64,000 nucleotides of DNA, taken from Escherichia phage Bf23. This document shows positions 1 to 9,880 of the stretch, in pieces. Position numbers and translations under genes: made by a program. The DNA is taken from the sequence record OR083247.1. The stretch is one strand, 5' to 3'. Positions within the stretch are counted from its first letter, which is position 1, and every line of letters begins with the position of its first letter. The notes beneath the pieces are model-generated. The model was not told the origin of the DNA. It searched no databases and saw only the letters and a list, made by a program, of their open reading frames with translations.

Positions 1-122
1 GCTCACTGCCTCCGGCGAAAATACTTAGTCTGCTAACCGCCACACCCGTTATTATTACCATGCTAACTGTTTCACCCTGCAACCATTTTAATTGCAAGGT
101 GAAACAATTTCAACCTTAATTA

Positions 123-857
123 TTATGCGACTTTTAGTTTTTCAATATATTGTTGCGGGCTGCAACTATATTCTGCGCGTTCTTCCTCGGTCATACTTTC
201 CCAACATAATTGCAAGCGATCGGCTAGGAACTGATAATCATTATCATCGTCGAGCGATTCATCGATAAAGGTTTCACCTATCAATGTCACGCCGATTGAT
301 AGAATATCATTAATAGCTTGTGCGTCCAGCGTTTTAAACCCGTATGATGCCGCCGCCGATAGCACGCCCTTATGATCATCAATCATCGTGAAATCAGCGT
401 TTGGATATAGCTGTTTAAATAACTCAAAGTAATGGCTTTTATATATAGCATCTTTACTGTGGTATATTTCGCTAACTTTATCAGCCTCAAAATATTTGTG
501 TAGTGTGTCGCGGGAAAATACACGGATATTACTATCCCCACGCCCTCGCAGTCCTTGTTTGCGTAGGTAATAATAATCTGACTTACTCATCAGTCGAGCG
601 GTACAAATAATGTTTAACGTGTTAACGTCATTCATACATTGGCGCATATATGTAACAAGCGGCAATAGTGTGTCCTGCATTATTAAATCATGTTTACATG
701 CTTCATTCTTATATTTATTTAAATCTAAATTACCATCGTTATCAAAGCAAGGCGCTACGCGATGGAATGAGTTAACGATAGTGCCGTCCAGATCCCAGAT
801 CATGACGCGGGAAATATGCGGGAAATTACGGGTAATATTCGTTTTAACTTGATTCAT
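123..857 (-). CDS. dmp: 5'-deoxyribonucleotidase, HAD-like (T5 Dmp-like)
   Basis: 244-aa ORF; N-terminal HAD motif 'MIWDLDGTIVNS'; first gene of the pre-early block as in T5. Confidence 0.75.
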   Translation of the reverse strand: MNQVKTNITRNFPHISRVMIWDLDGTIVNSFHRVAPCFDNDGNLDLNKYKNEACKHDLIMQDTLLPLVTYMRQCMNDVNTLNIICTARLMSKSDYYYLRKQGLRGRGDSNIRVFSRDTLHKYFEADKVSEIYHSKDAIYKSHYFELFKQLYPNADFTMIDDHKGVLSAAASYGFKTLDAQAINDILSIGVTLIGETFIDESLDDDNDYQFLADRLQLCWESMTEEERAEYSCSPQQYIEKLKVA

Positions 858-931
858 TTTGTTACGTTCTCCATTAAAGGGATTAAATTAAATTAATCCA
901 GCCCACTGGATGGGCTGGGCTATTCCAGCTA

Positions 932-1327
932 TTAAAGACCATAAGCCAACGCATCAGCGATGACGGTAATATCTTCACCCGATACATCGGAACGGATGCC
1001 CGCGCATGTAAATACTTTTGCGCTCATTAGCTGATCATCAAGGCAAGCGGGACAAGGGGCAACTACTGCGAAAGCTAAACCTGATTTTACGGCATCGATG
1101 ATAATCGTTTCTTGTTTCACCGTGTCAATATAAACGCCTTTCGCCTTGATGCGGCTGGATAACTTGCCCGTGGTATAGGCGAAAGTAGTGATCTGTAGCG
1201 CCTCGTTAAACTCGATTAAATCATCGACAACGTGACCGGCCTCAACGTGATACCGCTCACCATTAGAATAAACTAGGACGATAGAAGACTGAGCGCGATC
1301 GAATGGAATACGGTTAGAAATAGCCAT
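932..1327 (-). CDS. hypothetical protein
   Basis: 131-aa ORF between dmp and A1, same strand, tight spacing. Confidence 0.4.
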   Translation of the reverse strand: MAISNRIPFDRAQSSIVLVYSNGERYHVEAGHVVDDLIEFNEALQITTFAYTTGKLSSRIKAKGVYIDTVKQETIIIDAVKSGLAFAVVAPCPACLDDQLMSAKVFTCAGIRSDVSGEDITVIADALAYGL

Positions 1328-1396
1328 GTTTATAACTCCAATTAATTTAATAAACTTTTATAGCGGCGGTATATTTCAACCGCCAACCTGATTTAT

Positions 1397-3061
1397 TTAC
1401 GCAAAAAATTTACCATTCTTAAAGTCAATCAAGGTGCGCTGACCGTTTGCATAGGTAATAACATGCGTTTGTGTCCAGCTTGACGCGCCAACGTTGTAAC
1501 CCATGTCCAGACTACCAGACACGCCAGCGGTGTATACGCCGCCGTAAATACTGGCGGTATGAGTGTGCCCCGTGTTCAGTTTACCCAATTTCTTAAATTG
1601 CTTCGGATTGCCACGGCTCCCGTTAATGCCATTGTGACCGTGTACGCCGCATTCAATGCCTGCAATCTTGAAAGATTGGTCAGTCGTTAGGAAAATGGCG
1701 TTAAACTCGCAACCTGCAACCTTGCGCAACGCATAATCTAGCACGTTGAAAGTATCGTCTTTTTCTGCAATAGCTCCATAAATCGCGGCATTAAGGCGGT
1801 GATATAGTTCGGCGTTGGCTGGATCGTCTTTGATGTTAGCATTACGATCATCCAGCCAACGGGATAGCGCCAGATCGTGGTTTGATTCTACGATGATCGT
1901 TTGAGAAAAATCGCGCTCCATTGATTCCAACACGCGACCGGTATCGATAAGATCATCCAGAACTTTATCACGTCCGGCGGCGTATTGTTTTGCTAGGAAT
2001 ACACCCGAAGCGCGATTGTGATGGTTGCGTGATGTAAAATCATGCACGTCATGGACAAATTGATATTTTGGTTTAAGAATATCAAGCAAGCTATTTTCGC
2101 CAGCCCATGACGCAGCGGCGCAATCATCATCCAGTTTTTCAGCGTGGACGTCGCCATATTGTAAACCTAAAACGTGCCCCGTTGTTTCATAGCATCCGGC
2201 GGGAGTAGCGCAAACATTCAGATCGTAAAAAACGCCGCTTTCGTCCATAGTTTCAAGCTGGCGCACAAAAAACTCACCGTCCTCGTCGAACTCGACAACA
2301 AGCGCACCGAAATTATGCAACGCTTCCGCTTTCTGTCCTGCTTTCTGCTGGATGTAGTTTTTTAGCGTTGCCGTGCCGGTTGAATACATACGGCGCACTA
2401 CTTCACCTTTTAAAGCTGGGACGCTCTCGGCGGTGATTTTAGCCGCTCCAATTGCCAGACCTTCAAGGTTGAGCGCGGTTGCAGTTTCAGCAAATCCAGA
2501 AAGCGGATAATCTGCGGTAGGTAAAACGTTAATTTCAGCCATGAAAGCAAAGCGGCGATTATTCAAAAACACGTTTTTATTGCAGATATATTTGTCAAAT
2601 GCGGAATCATATTTGATTCCTTCGGCGCCCTCGCCATTTTGAAAACCGTTTTTGTTATAAATAAACTTGCTAACCAGCAAATCAGCGCCGATATATTTAG
2701 CAAATTGCTCCAGTGAGGCTAAAAAGTTTTTATGCGGGAAAGTATTATTCTGAATCGACGTAATAATAAAGCGTTTACCCTGCTTTACTTCCCAGCTTTC
2801 AACCGTGCTAGAAACAATCCCCGCCGCTTCTGGGCGCTCATCGTTTTTAATGGCTTTTGCTACTTTCGCCGCTTTCGGTTTAGCTGGTTTATTTGCTTCC
2901 AACCAATCACAAATCGCGGTCGAGTGTTTTGTAGTATCATAGACCGCCTTTGATATATCGTCGCAGACTTCCAGTTTAGTGGCGCGCAGACGTTTACCAT
3001 AGAAATTAAAGTCAGCGGCCATTTTCAGGATAACGGTTTGTTTTTCTGCGGAAATAATCAT
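1397..3061 (-). CDS. A1: A1-like pre-early protein with calcineurin-like metallophosphoesterase motifs
   Basis: 554-aa ORF; motifs 'GDVHAE', 'GHTHT', 'VESNHD'; size and position match T5 A1. Confidence 0.7.
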   Translation of the reverse strand: MIISAEKQTVILKMAADFNFYGKRLRATKLEVCDDISKAVYDTTKHSTAICDWLEANKPAKPKAAKVAKAIKNDERPEAAGIVSSTVESWEVKQGKRFIITSIQNNTFPHKNFLASLEQFAKYIGADLLVSKFIYNKNGFQNGEGAEGIKYDSAFDKYICNKNVFLNNRRFAFMAEINVLPTADYPLSGFAETATALNLEGLAIGAAKITAESVPALKGEVVRRMYSTGTATLKNYIQQKAGQKAEALHNFGALVVEFDEDGEFFVRQLETMDESGVFYDLNVCATPAGCYETTGHVLGLQYGDVHAEKLDDDCAAASWAGENSLLDILKPKYQFVHDVHDFTSRNHHNRASGVFLAKQYAAGRDKVLDDLIDTGRVLESMERDFSQTIIVESNHDLALSRWLDDRNANIKDDPANAELYHRLNAAIYGAIAEKDDTFNVLDYALRKVAGCEFNAIFLTTDQSFKIAGIECGVHGHNGINGSRGNPKQFKKLGKLNTGHTHTASIYGGVYTAGVSGSLDMGYNVGASSWTQTHVITYANGQRTLIDFKNGKFFA

Positions 3062-3157
3062 AGTAATAAAGCTCCATTAAAGGGATTAAAAACGTTTGTT
3101 ATTGGCAAATATTGCCAAATATAACGCCTTGAATAATAGGCGTTATAATTTGCAACA

Positions 3158-3403
3158 TTAATTTAAAGGCATAAGGCTAGAACTAACACCACAAGCAACG
3201 GCGGCAATAAAACAAATCAGACCTAAACGCTTTGCCAATTTAGACTTACGCTTAAAATAATATGAATCTAAATCATTTTGAAAGTATGCAAATAATAATG
3301 AGGCCGCCATAATAAATAAGCCTAGAATTAACGATTCAGTGGGGTAAAAGATCATTTTAATAACTCCAGTCAAAGGGAAATTATAGTGGGGAATATTCCC
3401 CAC
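3158..3403 (-). CDS. small membrane protein
   Basis: 81-aa ORF with two hydrophobic segments. Confidence 0.35.
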   Translation of the reverse strand: MGNIPHYNFPLTGVIKMIFYPTESLILGLFIMAASLLFAYFQNDLDSYYFKRKSKLAKRLGLICFIAAVACGVSSSLMPLN

Positions 3404-3412
3404 TAATTAAAT

Positions 3413-3829
3413 TTATTCACCTGCGGCTTGTTTTACTTCATCGGCAACGCCTAACAGTTGCGCCACGGCGTCCAGCGTTTCTAACTTTGCGCTTTCCAGA
3501 CTTGCCAAATCGTCGGCGTCTTTGATAATGCCGGAATCAATAGCATGTTTAGCGATAACGCGTACATAATGAGCTTTGCGAATTGAACTACCGCCGCCAA
3601 CTTTGCGCGGCTTATCGCTTTTCTGATACGCTTTCGCGCTGGTCAATTTTGAGCGAACAGACACGGGAGAAGCCGCGCCAACTGTTTTAGCAATCTCTTT
3701 CAGGCCGTCGCTGTTGGCGAACTCCAAGCCGTTTTCGTTGATCAACTGTTGATACATGGTAACAGCCTGTTGGGTGTTTTCTTCATTCCAAGCAAATTTT
3801 GCGGATTTTTCGGTTTTAACGTTAGCCAT
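3413..3829 (-). CDS. putative A2-like pre-early DNA-binding protein
   Basis: 138-aa ORF directly upstream of A1 on the same strand; assignment by position and size only. Confidence 0.4.
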   Translation of the reverse strand: MANVKTEKSAKFAWNEENTQQAVTMYQQLINENGLEFANSDGLKEIAKTVGAASPVSVRSKLTSAKAYQKSDKPRKVGGGSSIRKAHYVRVIAKHAIDSGIIKDADDLASLESAKLETLDAVAQLLGVADEVKQAAGE

Positions 3830-3927
3830 GATTATAACTCCTATTGAATTAATTTAAGGGATAAGATTAACATAATGTTAATCGTTATATACCCCAAACT
3901 ACTGGGGTATATAAAGTTAACACTAAG

Positions 3928-4179
3928 TTATAAAACAGCTTCCCATTTTTCGTTGCGTTGAACAACCTTTACAACGTCGCCGGATTTAACGCGAACGCTA
4001 AAAACGGTTTTGCCGTTGTTACTACGTTCATTTTCAGCGTATACCGCGTCGATTGTATCAAACGGCATAAGCGCCACACCTTTAATGCGTTCGGTTTTTC
4101 CGGTTAATTCGTCCGTTTTAGTAACGAAAGGAATAAAAACGGATTGACCAATTTTAGGCGCGGTAATAACGTTTTTCAT
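3928..4179 (-). CDS. hypothetical protein
   Basis: 83-aa ORF, same-strand operon context. Confidence 0.4.
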   Translation of the reverse strand: MKNVITAPKIGQSVFIPFVTKTDELTGKTERIKGVALMPFDTIDAVYAENERSNNGKTVFSVRVKSGDVVKVVQRNEKWEAVL

Positions 4180-4406
4180 AGTATAAACTCCTAGTTATTT
4201 GGGGATTGTTCCGCATTACCTGCTAGAAAGTAGCAGGTAATAAGAAAAAATCCGCTCGCCAATATAATCAATTTAAAGAACTCCACTCAGGCCGCTATAT
4301 CCCAGTTAGGGGGCGGGACACATTATGGTAAGTGCCGACCGTCAAATTGTATCAAGTTATCGCTCTTATCGAACTGGGTACATCTTAAAGCCTATCGGCT
4401 AGGGTG

Positions 4407-4610
4407 TCAAACAATTTTTTGCAGTTTTTTATGATTTTCTTTCAGGTCAATCATAATATTTCGCCAGATCATTTCCAGACCTTGCTGGCGGCCTTTCTTG
4501 TACTGCGTGAATCTATATCTTACGGATTGTTGAGCTACTGTCAACAATTTTTTAGTAGTAACATCTAATTTTTTAGCTGGTTTACCAGTGATCAAAAGCG
4601 TTTGTTTCAT
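4407..4610 (-). CDS. hypothetical basic protein
   Basis: 67-aa lysine/arginine-rich ORF. Confidence 0.3.
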   Translation of the reverse strand: MKQTLLITGKPAKKLDVTTKKLLTVAQQSVRYRFTQYKKGRQQGLEMIWRNIMIDLKENHKKLQKIV

Positions 4611-5060
4611 ATCTGCGATTCCTTATATAATTGATAAGTTTACCGCCGATAGACTTTAAGATGTACCCAATTTTTAAAGAGCGTGGCGGTAAACTTCCCG
4701 CCGTGTAGTTCGTCATTGCCGCCCTACGAGATAAATAATAGGGGATTCCCAAAAATGGCGCAACCTTATTTTTGTAAAGAAACGTAAAGAAAGCAAATAC
4801 TCGCAAGGTGTCCGGCGATTGCCCAAGTTTAAAGGAAACGGGCGCACGAATACCATAAAACCCAGCAGGTTGGCAAGTAATTTTTTCATTTATATTTGCC
4901 TTACCCTACTTGACAAAATCTAAAAAGCTCGTGGTAGCGATAAACGAGGGTAGGCAATGCAATGGCCTGGCTAAAACTTTCATCGCGTTCTAGGGCGTTT
5001 TAGGCGCATTCTAGCCTTGTTGATAACTTATCCCCAGAAGCAAAAATGAAATTTTCCTAG

Positions 5061-5093
5061 TTATCCACTTGACTTTTATTTTCCAGTGGATAA
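5061..5093. repeat. inverted pair of DnaA-box-like 9-mers (TTATCCACT ... AGTGGATAA)
   Basis: read directly; near match to DnaA box TTATNCACA. Confidence 0.6.
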
Positions 5094-5376
5094 CTACTTA
5101 TTTTATGAAATAAATTAATTGACTTTTATTTGTTAGTATGCATCGGAAAGATAGCAGACTAATAATTGCTAGGATGATAATCATGCTGGTGGATTGTAAC
5201 GGCTTAAACTATCAGCGGACTATTAATCACGGAAAATCTCGTTAGCTAACTAACTATTTCATGATGTATAATATACATATAAATTAATGAGAAATAATAA
5301 TTATAATAAATAATAACTACAGTAAATAATAACTATAAGAAACTATCGGCCTAAGTGAGAACCACTATCATTTAAG

Positions 5377-5458
5377 TTATCCACAAGTTTATTAACAGCA
5401 CAAAATGATTTGACACGATAGGCGGCGATATAAAGACTTATCCACAGACTTATCCACA
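5377..5458 (+). promoter_or_regulatory. three direct perfect DnaA boxes TTATCCACA (5377, 5438, 5450)
   Basis: exact 9-mers read in sequence, inside a non-coding AT-rich region. Confidence 0.65.
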
Positions 5459-5468
5459 GGTTATCCTA

Positions 5469-5484
5469 CTGTATAAATATACAG
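5469..5484. repeat. 16-bp perfect palindrome CTGTATAAATATACAG (copy 1)
   Basis: identical palindrome recurs at 8956-8971. Confidence 0.7.
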
Positions 5485-5750
5485 GGTAAATGGGTAGTGT
5501 TAACAACTGCAATCAATTTTAAGCGGCCTAAAACGCTTTCTAACGAGCTAAATGCGGTGGGGTAATATTAAAGTAAAGCCTTCACCCGTCGCCCTGGTGG
5601 CTTCGCCGTGTTTTGCTCTTTACTATACCGCTGCGCGGTTAACATAAAAATAAGCGTTAGGCAAGGAAAATAAAAAGGTAAAATAATATTTGCCCCTAGA
5701 AAGAAAATACCTTTATCATTCACTCACCGATTAACGAGGGAGGCCAACAA

Positions 5751-6743
5751 ATGAGGCTATATAAACCAGATAACGCAACCGTCTTAAAAGGTGCGCTGCG
5801 TAACCTGCTGGACGGTAGCAGAACAACCAGCATTAAACACTTTGTTAACAAGGCCGAAGATATTCACCAAAACTTTTTTGATGATTTCGATGCCTATGAT
5901 ATGAGTAGTTTTTTACAACTGTATAAGCAAGGGGCAACGCTTGTTTTGTATAATCGAGATAATCACCTGCTTACTAGTAGGGGGCCGGATACCGATTTCA
6001 TAATTGTAAAAGGTAGCACAGTAAAAGCCTATGACACTGGAGCGGGCTTAGAAGTTTTTTCAATAGAAAACTATGAAGCCAACCCCAATGATCTTTATGA
6101 CGTTGAAAACTTTCTTGATTCATTTTGGCGTTATTTATCCGTTGGCTGGAATCGGTCAATTGGTGACGGGTATCGTCTGGCGGCTGTAATGACCTTTGAT
6201 GATGATGGCAATTTTTTGCTACCGTCGGAAGTATACCCATACGTATATGATGGGGATATAGAAAGCGCGGGCTTTTCTTTCTGGAAAGAGGGGAATCAGC
6301 CTATTGACAACACGGAAAAACATGCTGTAAATTCTAACACTCAAAGCGTTAATACTCAAATCACTGAAAACAAAGGAAAAAACACCATGACCAAGATCGC
6401 TAATATTGTTGCCGCTAATAAATCCGCTGTTGTAAACGCTGCAAAACTGGAAGCGGGTAAAATTGCACTGACTCAAATTACGAAAGTAGCGGCTAAAAAA
6501 GCGCCGTTCATGATCAAAGGCTATATTGATACGCCGATTGGTCGAGTAGTGATTGCCAACCTGCTTAGCGTAGCGGTTGACCAGTACGCCCCGAGTAACC
6601 AGAAAGCGAAAGCGGTAGCAGGGGCAGCTATGGAAGCGGCAATGCTAGAAATGGTGCAAAGTTTTAACATCGCTGAGATGATCGATGAAATGGTAAAAGG
6701 TATCGATATTTCTACTTTCACCGTTAACAACGAAAGCGAGTAA
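5751..6743 (+). CDS. hypothetical protein
   Basis: 330-aa ORF; RBS 'gaggga' upstream; Ala/Lys-rich C-terminal third. Confidence 0.5.
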   Translation: MRLYKPDNATVLKGALRNLLDGSRTTSIKHFVNKAEDIHQNFFDDFDAYDMSSFLQLYKQGATLVLYNRDNHLLTSRGPDTDFIIVKGSTVKAYDTGAGLEVFSIENYEANPNDLYDVENFLDSFWRYLSVGWNRSIGDGYRLAAVMTFDDDGNFLLPSEVYPYVYDGDIESAGFSFWKEGNQPIDNTEKHAVNSNTQSVNTQITENKGKNTMTKIANIVAANKSAVVNAAKLEAGKIALTQITKVAAKKAPFMIKGYIDTPIGRVVIANLLSVAVDQYAPSNQKAKAVAGAAMEAAMLEMVQSFNIAEMIDEMVKGIDISTFTVNNESE

Positions 6744-6808
6744 TAATATTAAGCGGGGATTGTTACCCCGCTTTAATGTTCCCTTGTTAATTAATAGGAG
6801 GCTAATTA

Positions 6809-7303
6809 ATGGCTGAAGAAAAATATGGCTTCTCACTGGGAGAAGTGAGCACGGCAAAACATGATATGATCATTTTGGTCGATTGCCATACTGGCTATTG
6901 CGGAGAAGGTTGGACGGAGGAACATTTTGTTCCAGCTGGCTGTAATCTGGACGCTTTCGCTCAGGAAATGGCTATTGATAATGCTTCTCGTTTTGGTAGC
7001 GATGGTTACGAAGACGAAGAAACTGGCGAATGGTATGAAAATGAAAACGTATATGCAAGCCTTTATCATTATCAGCTAAGTAAATCCGGCACATATGTAA
7101 ACGGCGGCGATCCTATTAATTCCGTCATGAAATTAATTATTAAATATGGCGGAGTAGAGATAGTTGGTAACAAAGCGGTAATATACGCAAACCGATTAAA
7201 ACAGCTTGTTTATATTCCTGATAGTACCCGATGGGATGAATATGCTGTTTTGCATGACGAATTGAAACGATGTTTCAATATTGAAACCTTACAAGTAGTC
7301 TAA
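6809..7303 (+). CDS. hypothetical protein
   Basis: 164-aa ORF with RBS 'aggagg'. Confidence 0.5.
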   Translation: MAEEKYGFSLGEVSTAKHDMIILVDCHTGYCGEGWTEEHFVPAGCNLDAFAQEMAIDNASRFGSDGYEDEETGEWYENENVYASLYHYQLSKSGTYVNGGDPINSVMKLIIKYGGVEIVGNKAVIYANRLKQLVYIPDSTRWDEYAVLHDELKRCFNIETLQVV

Positions 7304-7407
7304 TGTAAAGTTTTGTAAAGGTCGCCTTTTATGGTGGCCTTTTTTGTTATAATGCTTTTACACCAAAACGGTGGATTGAAAATTTCCCAAAAATTTGGAG
7401 GCTTAAA

Positions 7408-7638
7408 ATGGTTGCATATTCTTCTTCTGACGCTCTTTTCACTGGAAAAGGCTGGGTATCAAATCGCTGGATCATTCATGAAATGGTGCAAGAATACGGC
7501 ATTGCTAAAACTTACACTACCATCCAGGCGCTTTATGATAATGATCAAATTGATCAGCAAACGGCTGGTTTTTTGCTGGATACCCTGAAAGCGGAGCACT
7601 GTACTAAAAAACAAGCCGCCAAAATTGTTTTAATGTAA
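7408..7638 (+). CDS. hypothetical protein
   Basis: 76-aa ORF with RBS 'ggagg'; hairpin after stop. Confidence 0.45.
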   Translation: MVAYSSSDALFTGKGWVSNRWIIHEMVQEYGIAKTYTTIQALYDNDQIDQQTAGFLLDTLKAEHCTKKQAAKIVLM

Positions 7639-7836
7639 TTAATAACGGGGCGTTACTTTCGCCCCGCTAACTAGGAGAATGAAAATGGTTATTTTTCGAG
7701 CTATTCTAGCAGGTATCTTGGGCGCTATTTTATCCCTTTTTGCTATAGCTTTTGGCGTTCACGCGGTTACTATTGGTGCTGGCATTGCTGTATTTTCTTA
7801 TCTGCTGGGCTGCATGACTAGTAAAGGAGAATAAAA

Positions 7837-8049
7837 ATGATCCGCAACGTTTCTCTTGCACGTTCGAAAGGCTTTAAGCTGGTGGATGTTAACACGTTCG
7901 AGCGGGAAGATTGTAAAATCGAATATGTAGCACGTAATAAAAATGCCTTTCGTGTTACCGAGAAAAAATTCGATAAGCGGGGCAACGTGATAGCTGAAAC
8001 GGTTAAACATTTTGCCACCTTTTACGCTGCATTTCGTGGGGTACTATGA
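7837..8049 (+). CDS. hypothetical protein
   Basis: 70-aa ORF with RBS 'aaaggaga'. Confidence 0.4.
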   Translation: MIRNVSLARSKGFKLVDVNTFEREDCKIEYVARNKNAFRVTEKKFDKRGNVIAETVKHFATFYAAFRGVL

Positions 8050-8170
8050 AAAGCGTTATTGTTGTTATCCTTGCAATGGTTGGAGGTTTTACCGCCACCT
8101 TATTTAAGAATGACCCCCTTTTACTGGGGGTTTTTATGCTTTTATCTGGATACCTGATTGGGAGGTTATA

Positions 8171-8517
8171 AAATGGTTATTTATGAAGGCAACCGCTTTG
8201 TTACTAATTGCCGTCCGGCATTACTAGCAAACTACTTAAATCAGCTTTCCCCAGCTTATAAGGGCGTCATTAATATTTATGAAGGCAAGGCGCATTATAA
8301 AATTAATGCGGTCGTTGCCCGTGAACTAGCGTTTCAATTTTTGACCTTTGCATCTTGTGATATTCAGGTCATGGGTGAGGCGTTAATTGCAGAAAATGAA
8401 GATGATTTTATTAATATTTTTCGCAAAGTATGCACCGAGCGCCTGATAATGAAAGGCGCATATATTCAATCCACTGCGGATAGTATTGAAACAGCGTTTC
8501 GAAAGGTGGCACAATGA
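8171..8517 (+). CDS. hypothetical protein
   Basis: ORF-track start trimmed to ATG at 8171, preceded by RBS 'gggagg'. Confidence 0.45.
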
Positions 8518-8617
8518 AATTATATATTTTCGCGGGTAATGTTGAGGCTGCAAATGATTCCGCTGGTGGCGATAACGTTCGCCACTATTGGCAAAAATAT
8601 ATTTACTAGGCGTTATT

Positions 8618-8812
8618 ATGAGCAATAAAATTATTATAACTAAAACTACCACAATGGTTGACGTTTTTTATGTGCCCGATACGCTGGAAAACCGGCGAGC
8701 GGTCGAGCGGGGCGAATATGATAGCGTTATTTATGATGCCGATGGTTACTACCGGCATTTGGTCGATTCCTATGGGGAGGAGGAGAAGATCACGCATCAA
8801 TTACCGGACTGA
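8618..8812 (+). CDS. hypothetical protein
   Basis: ATG at 8618 (ORF track begins at an upstream TTG); terminator follows. Confidence 0.35.
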   Translation: MSNKIIITKTTTMVDVFYVPDTLENRRAVERGEYDSVIYDADGYYRHLVDSYGEEEKITHQLPD

Positions 8813-8818
8813 TAACAA

Positions 8819-8841
8819 GCGGGGAGCAGATCCCCGTTTTT
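8819..8841 (+). terminator. rho-independent terminator
   Basis: hairpin GCGGGGAGCAGATCCCCG followed by TTTTT. Confidence 0.6.
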
Positions 8842-8955
8842 CACGCCTCCAGTTAAATACCCCTTTGTTTTAGTATCCCCACCAAAATTAAACGCGTTAG
8901 AATGCGATTCAGGACGTTTTAGGCGTATATTAGAATTATTCACTACGTAGGAATA

Positions 8956-8971
8956 CTGTATAAATATACAG
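8956..8971. repeat. 16-bp palindrome CTGTATAAATATACAG (copy 2)
   Basis: exact duplicate of 5469-5484. Confidence 0.7.
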
Positions 8972-8993
8972 TAGAATAACTTGGGGATAAGTC

Positions 8994-9063
8994 TGTGGAT
9001 AACGCCTCAAAATGGCTGGGATTCTGTCAAGTCAAATCGTGCTGTTAATAAGTCTGTGGATAA
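8994..9063 (-). promoter_or_regulatory. two DnaA boxes in reverse orientation (TGTGGATAA at 8994 and 9055)
   Basis: exact reverse complement of TTATCCACA read twice. Confidence 0.6.
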
Positions 9064-9089
9064 CTTAAATAACAGTGTTTCTCACTTCC

Positions 9090-9275
9090 GTTTTTAAATG
9101 CGAATCATTATCATTCGCATTTCACTATCTAACCGATAATCATTCCACTTTTTAAATGAGATTGATTCTCATTTCACTTTCTAAATGCGAATTATTATCA
9201 TTCTCATTCCGCTTTTTAAATGAGAATGATTCTTATTATCATTCTCATTTAGCGCAGGGCAATTGCCCTGCGCTT
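9090..9275. repeat. family of four related palindromic hairpin units plus a perfect 24-bp palindrome AGCGCAGGGCAATTGCCCTGCGCT
   Basis: units of form TTTAAATG(C/A)GAAT...ATTC(G/T)CATT, each an inverted repeat. Confidence 0.6.
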
Positions 9276-9880
9276 TTGTGCAAATCCGACATTTGCTCCA
9301 AGGGTTACGTGCTGGCGTATATGTGCAAATCCGACAATTTTTGGTAGTGTGCAAATCCGACCCGAAAAATTTTTATAGTGTGCGAATCCGACAATGAATT
9401 TTCCTAAAAACTCCAGCAATCACGAACTGCGTTCGAATCCTGTGGGATATGTGCAAATCCGACACGGTTTTTCTAGGGTTAAGATGTGCGAATCCGACAA
9501 GATTTTTGTGACTTCGATGGGAGGGTGTGTGATTGTATAGGTTTGAGGGGAAGATGAGAGAGCGAGAAAAATTTGAGGGGATAGAAGGATGTGGGCGCAG
9601 GATTGGTGCGGAGCACCTGATTTGCGGGGATTTTGGGGAAGAGTTGAGATAATTTGGGAAGATTTGAGATAGGTGCAGAAAAAGTAAAATTTTATTAGCA
9701 AAATGGGGCAAAATAGCTTGACAAGTGAAAATTCTTGTGGATCTAAAAACTCAGGCAATCACGGGCCTTCGGCCCGAAATAATGCTGCTATTTTCAGGAG
9801 AGTAAGAGTTCCTAAAAACTTAGGCGTTTGTGCAAATCCGACCAGTTTTTAAACTCTTGTCAGTGTGCAAATCCGACAGT
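9276..9880 (+). repeat. array of nine direct copies of 14-bp motif TGTGC(A/G)AATCCGAC, irregular spacing
   Basis: copies near 9278, 9323, 9349, 9379, 9451, 9486, 9829, 9864 and one more; a tenth lies at 11654 inside a CDS. Confidence 0.7.

Noticed and set aside
5998-6857. Four minus-strand ORFs (69-85 aa) inside and after the 5751-6743 gene
   Set aside because: They are nested antisense to a longer plus-strand ORF that has an RBS, and none has its own translation signals.
9421-9445. T-loop-like GCGTTCGAATCC in the repeat region as a possible tRNA
   Set aside because: No acceptor, D or anticodon stems can be folded around it; it is part of the CCTAAAAACT...GGCAATCAC repeat unit.
9276-9880. 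Possible CRISPR array (short direct repeats with spacers)
   Set aside because: The repeat is only 14 bp, spacing is highly irregular (15 to about 300 bp), copies are imperfect, and no cas genes are nearby; it fits a protein-binding repeat array better.
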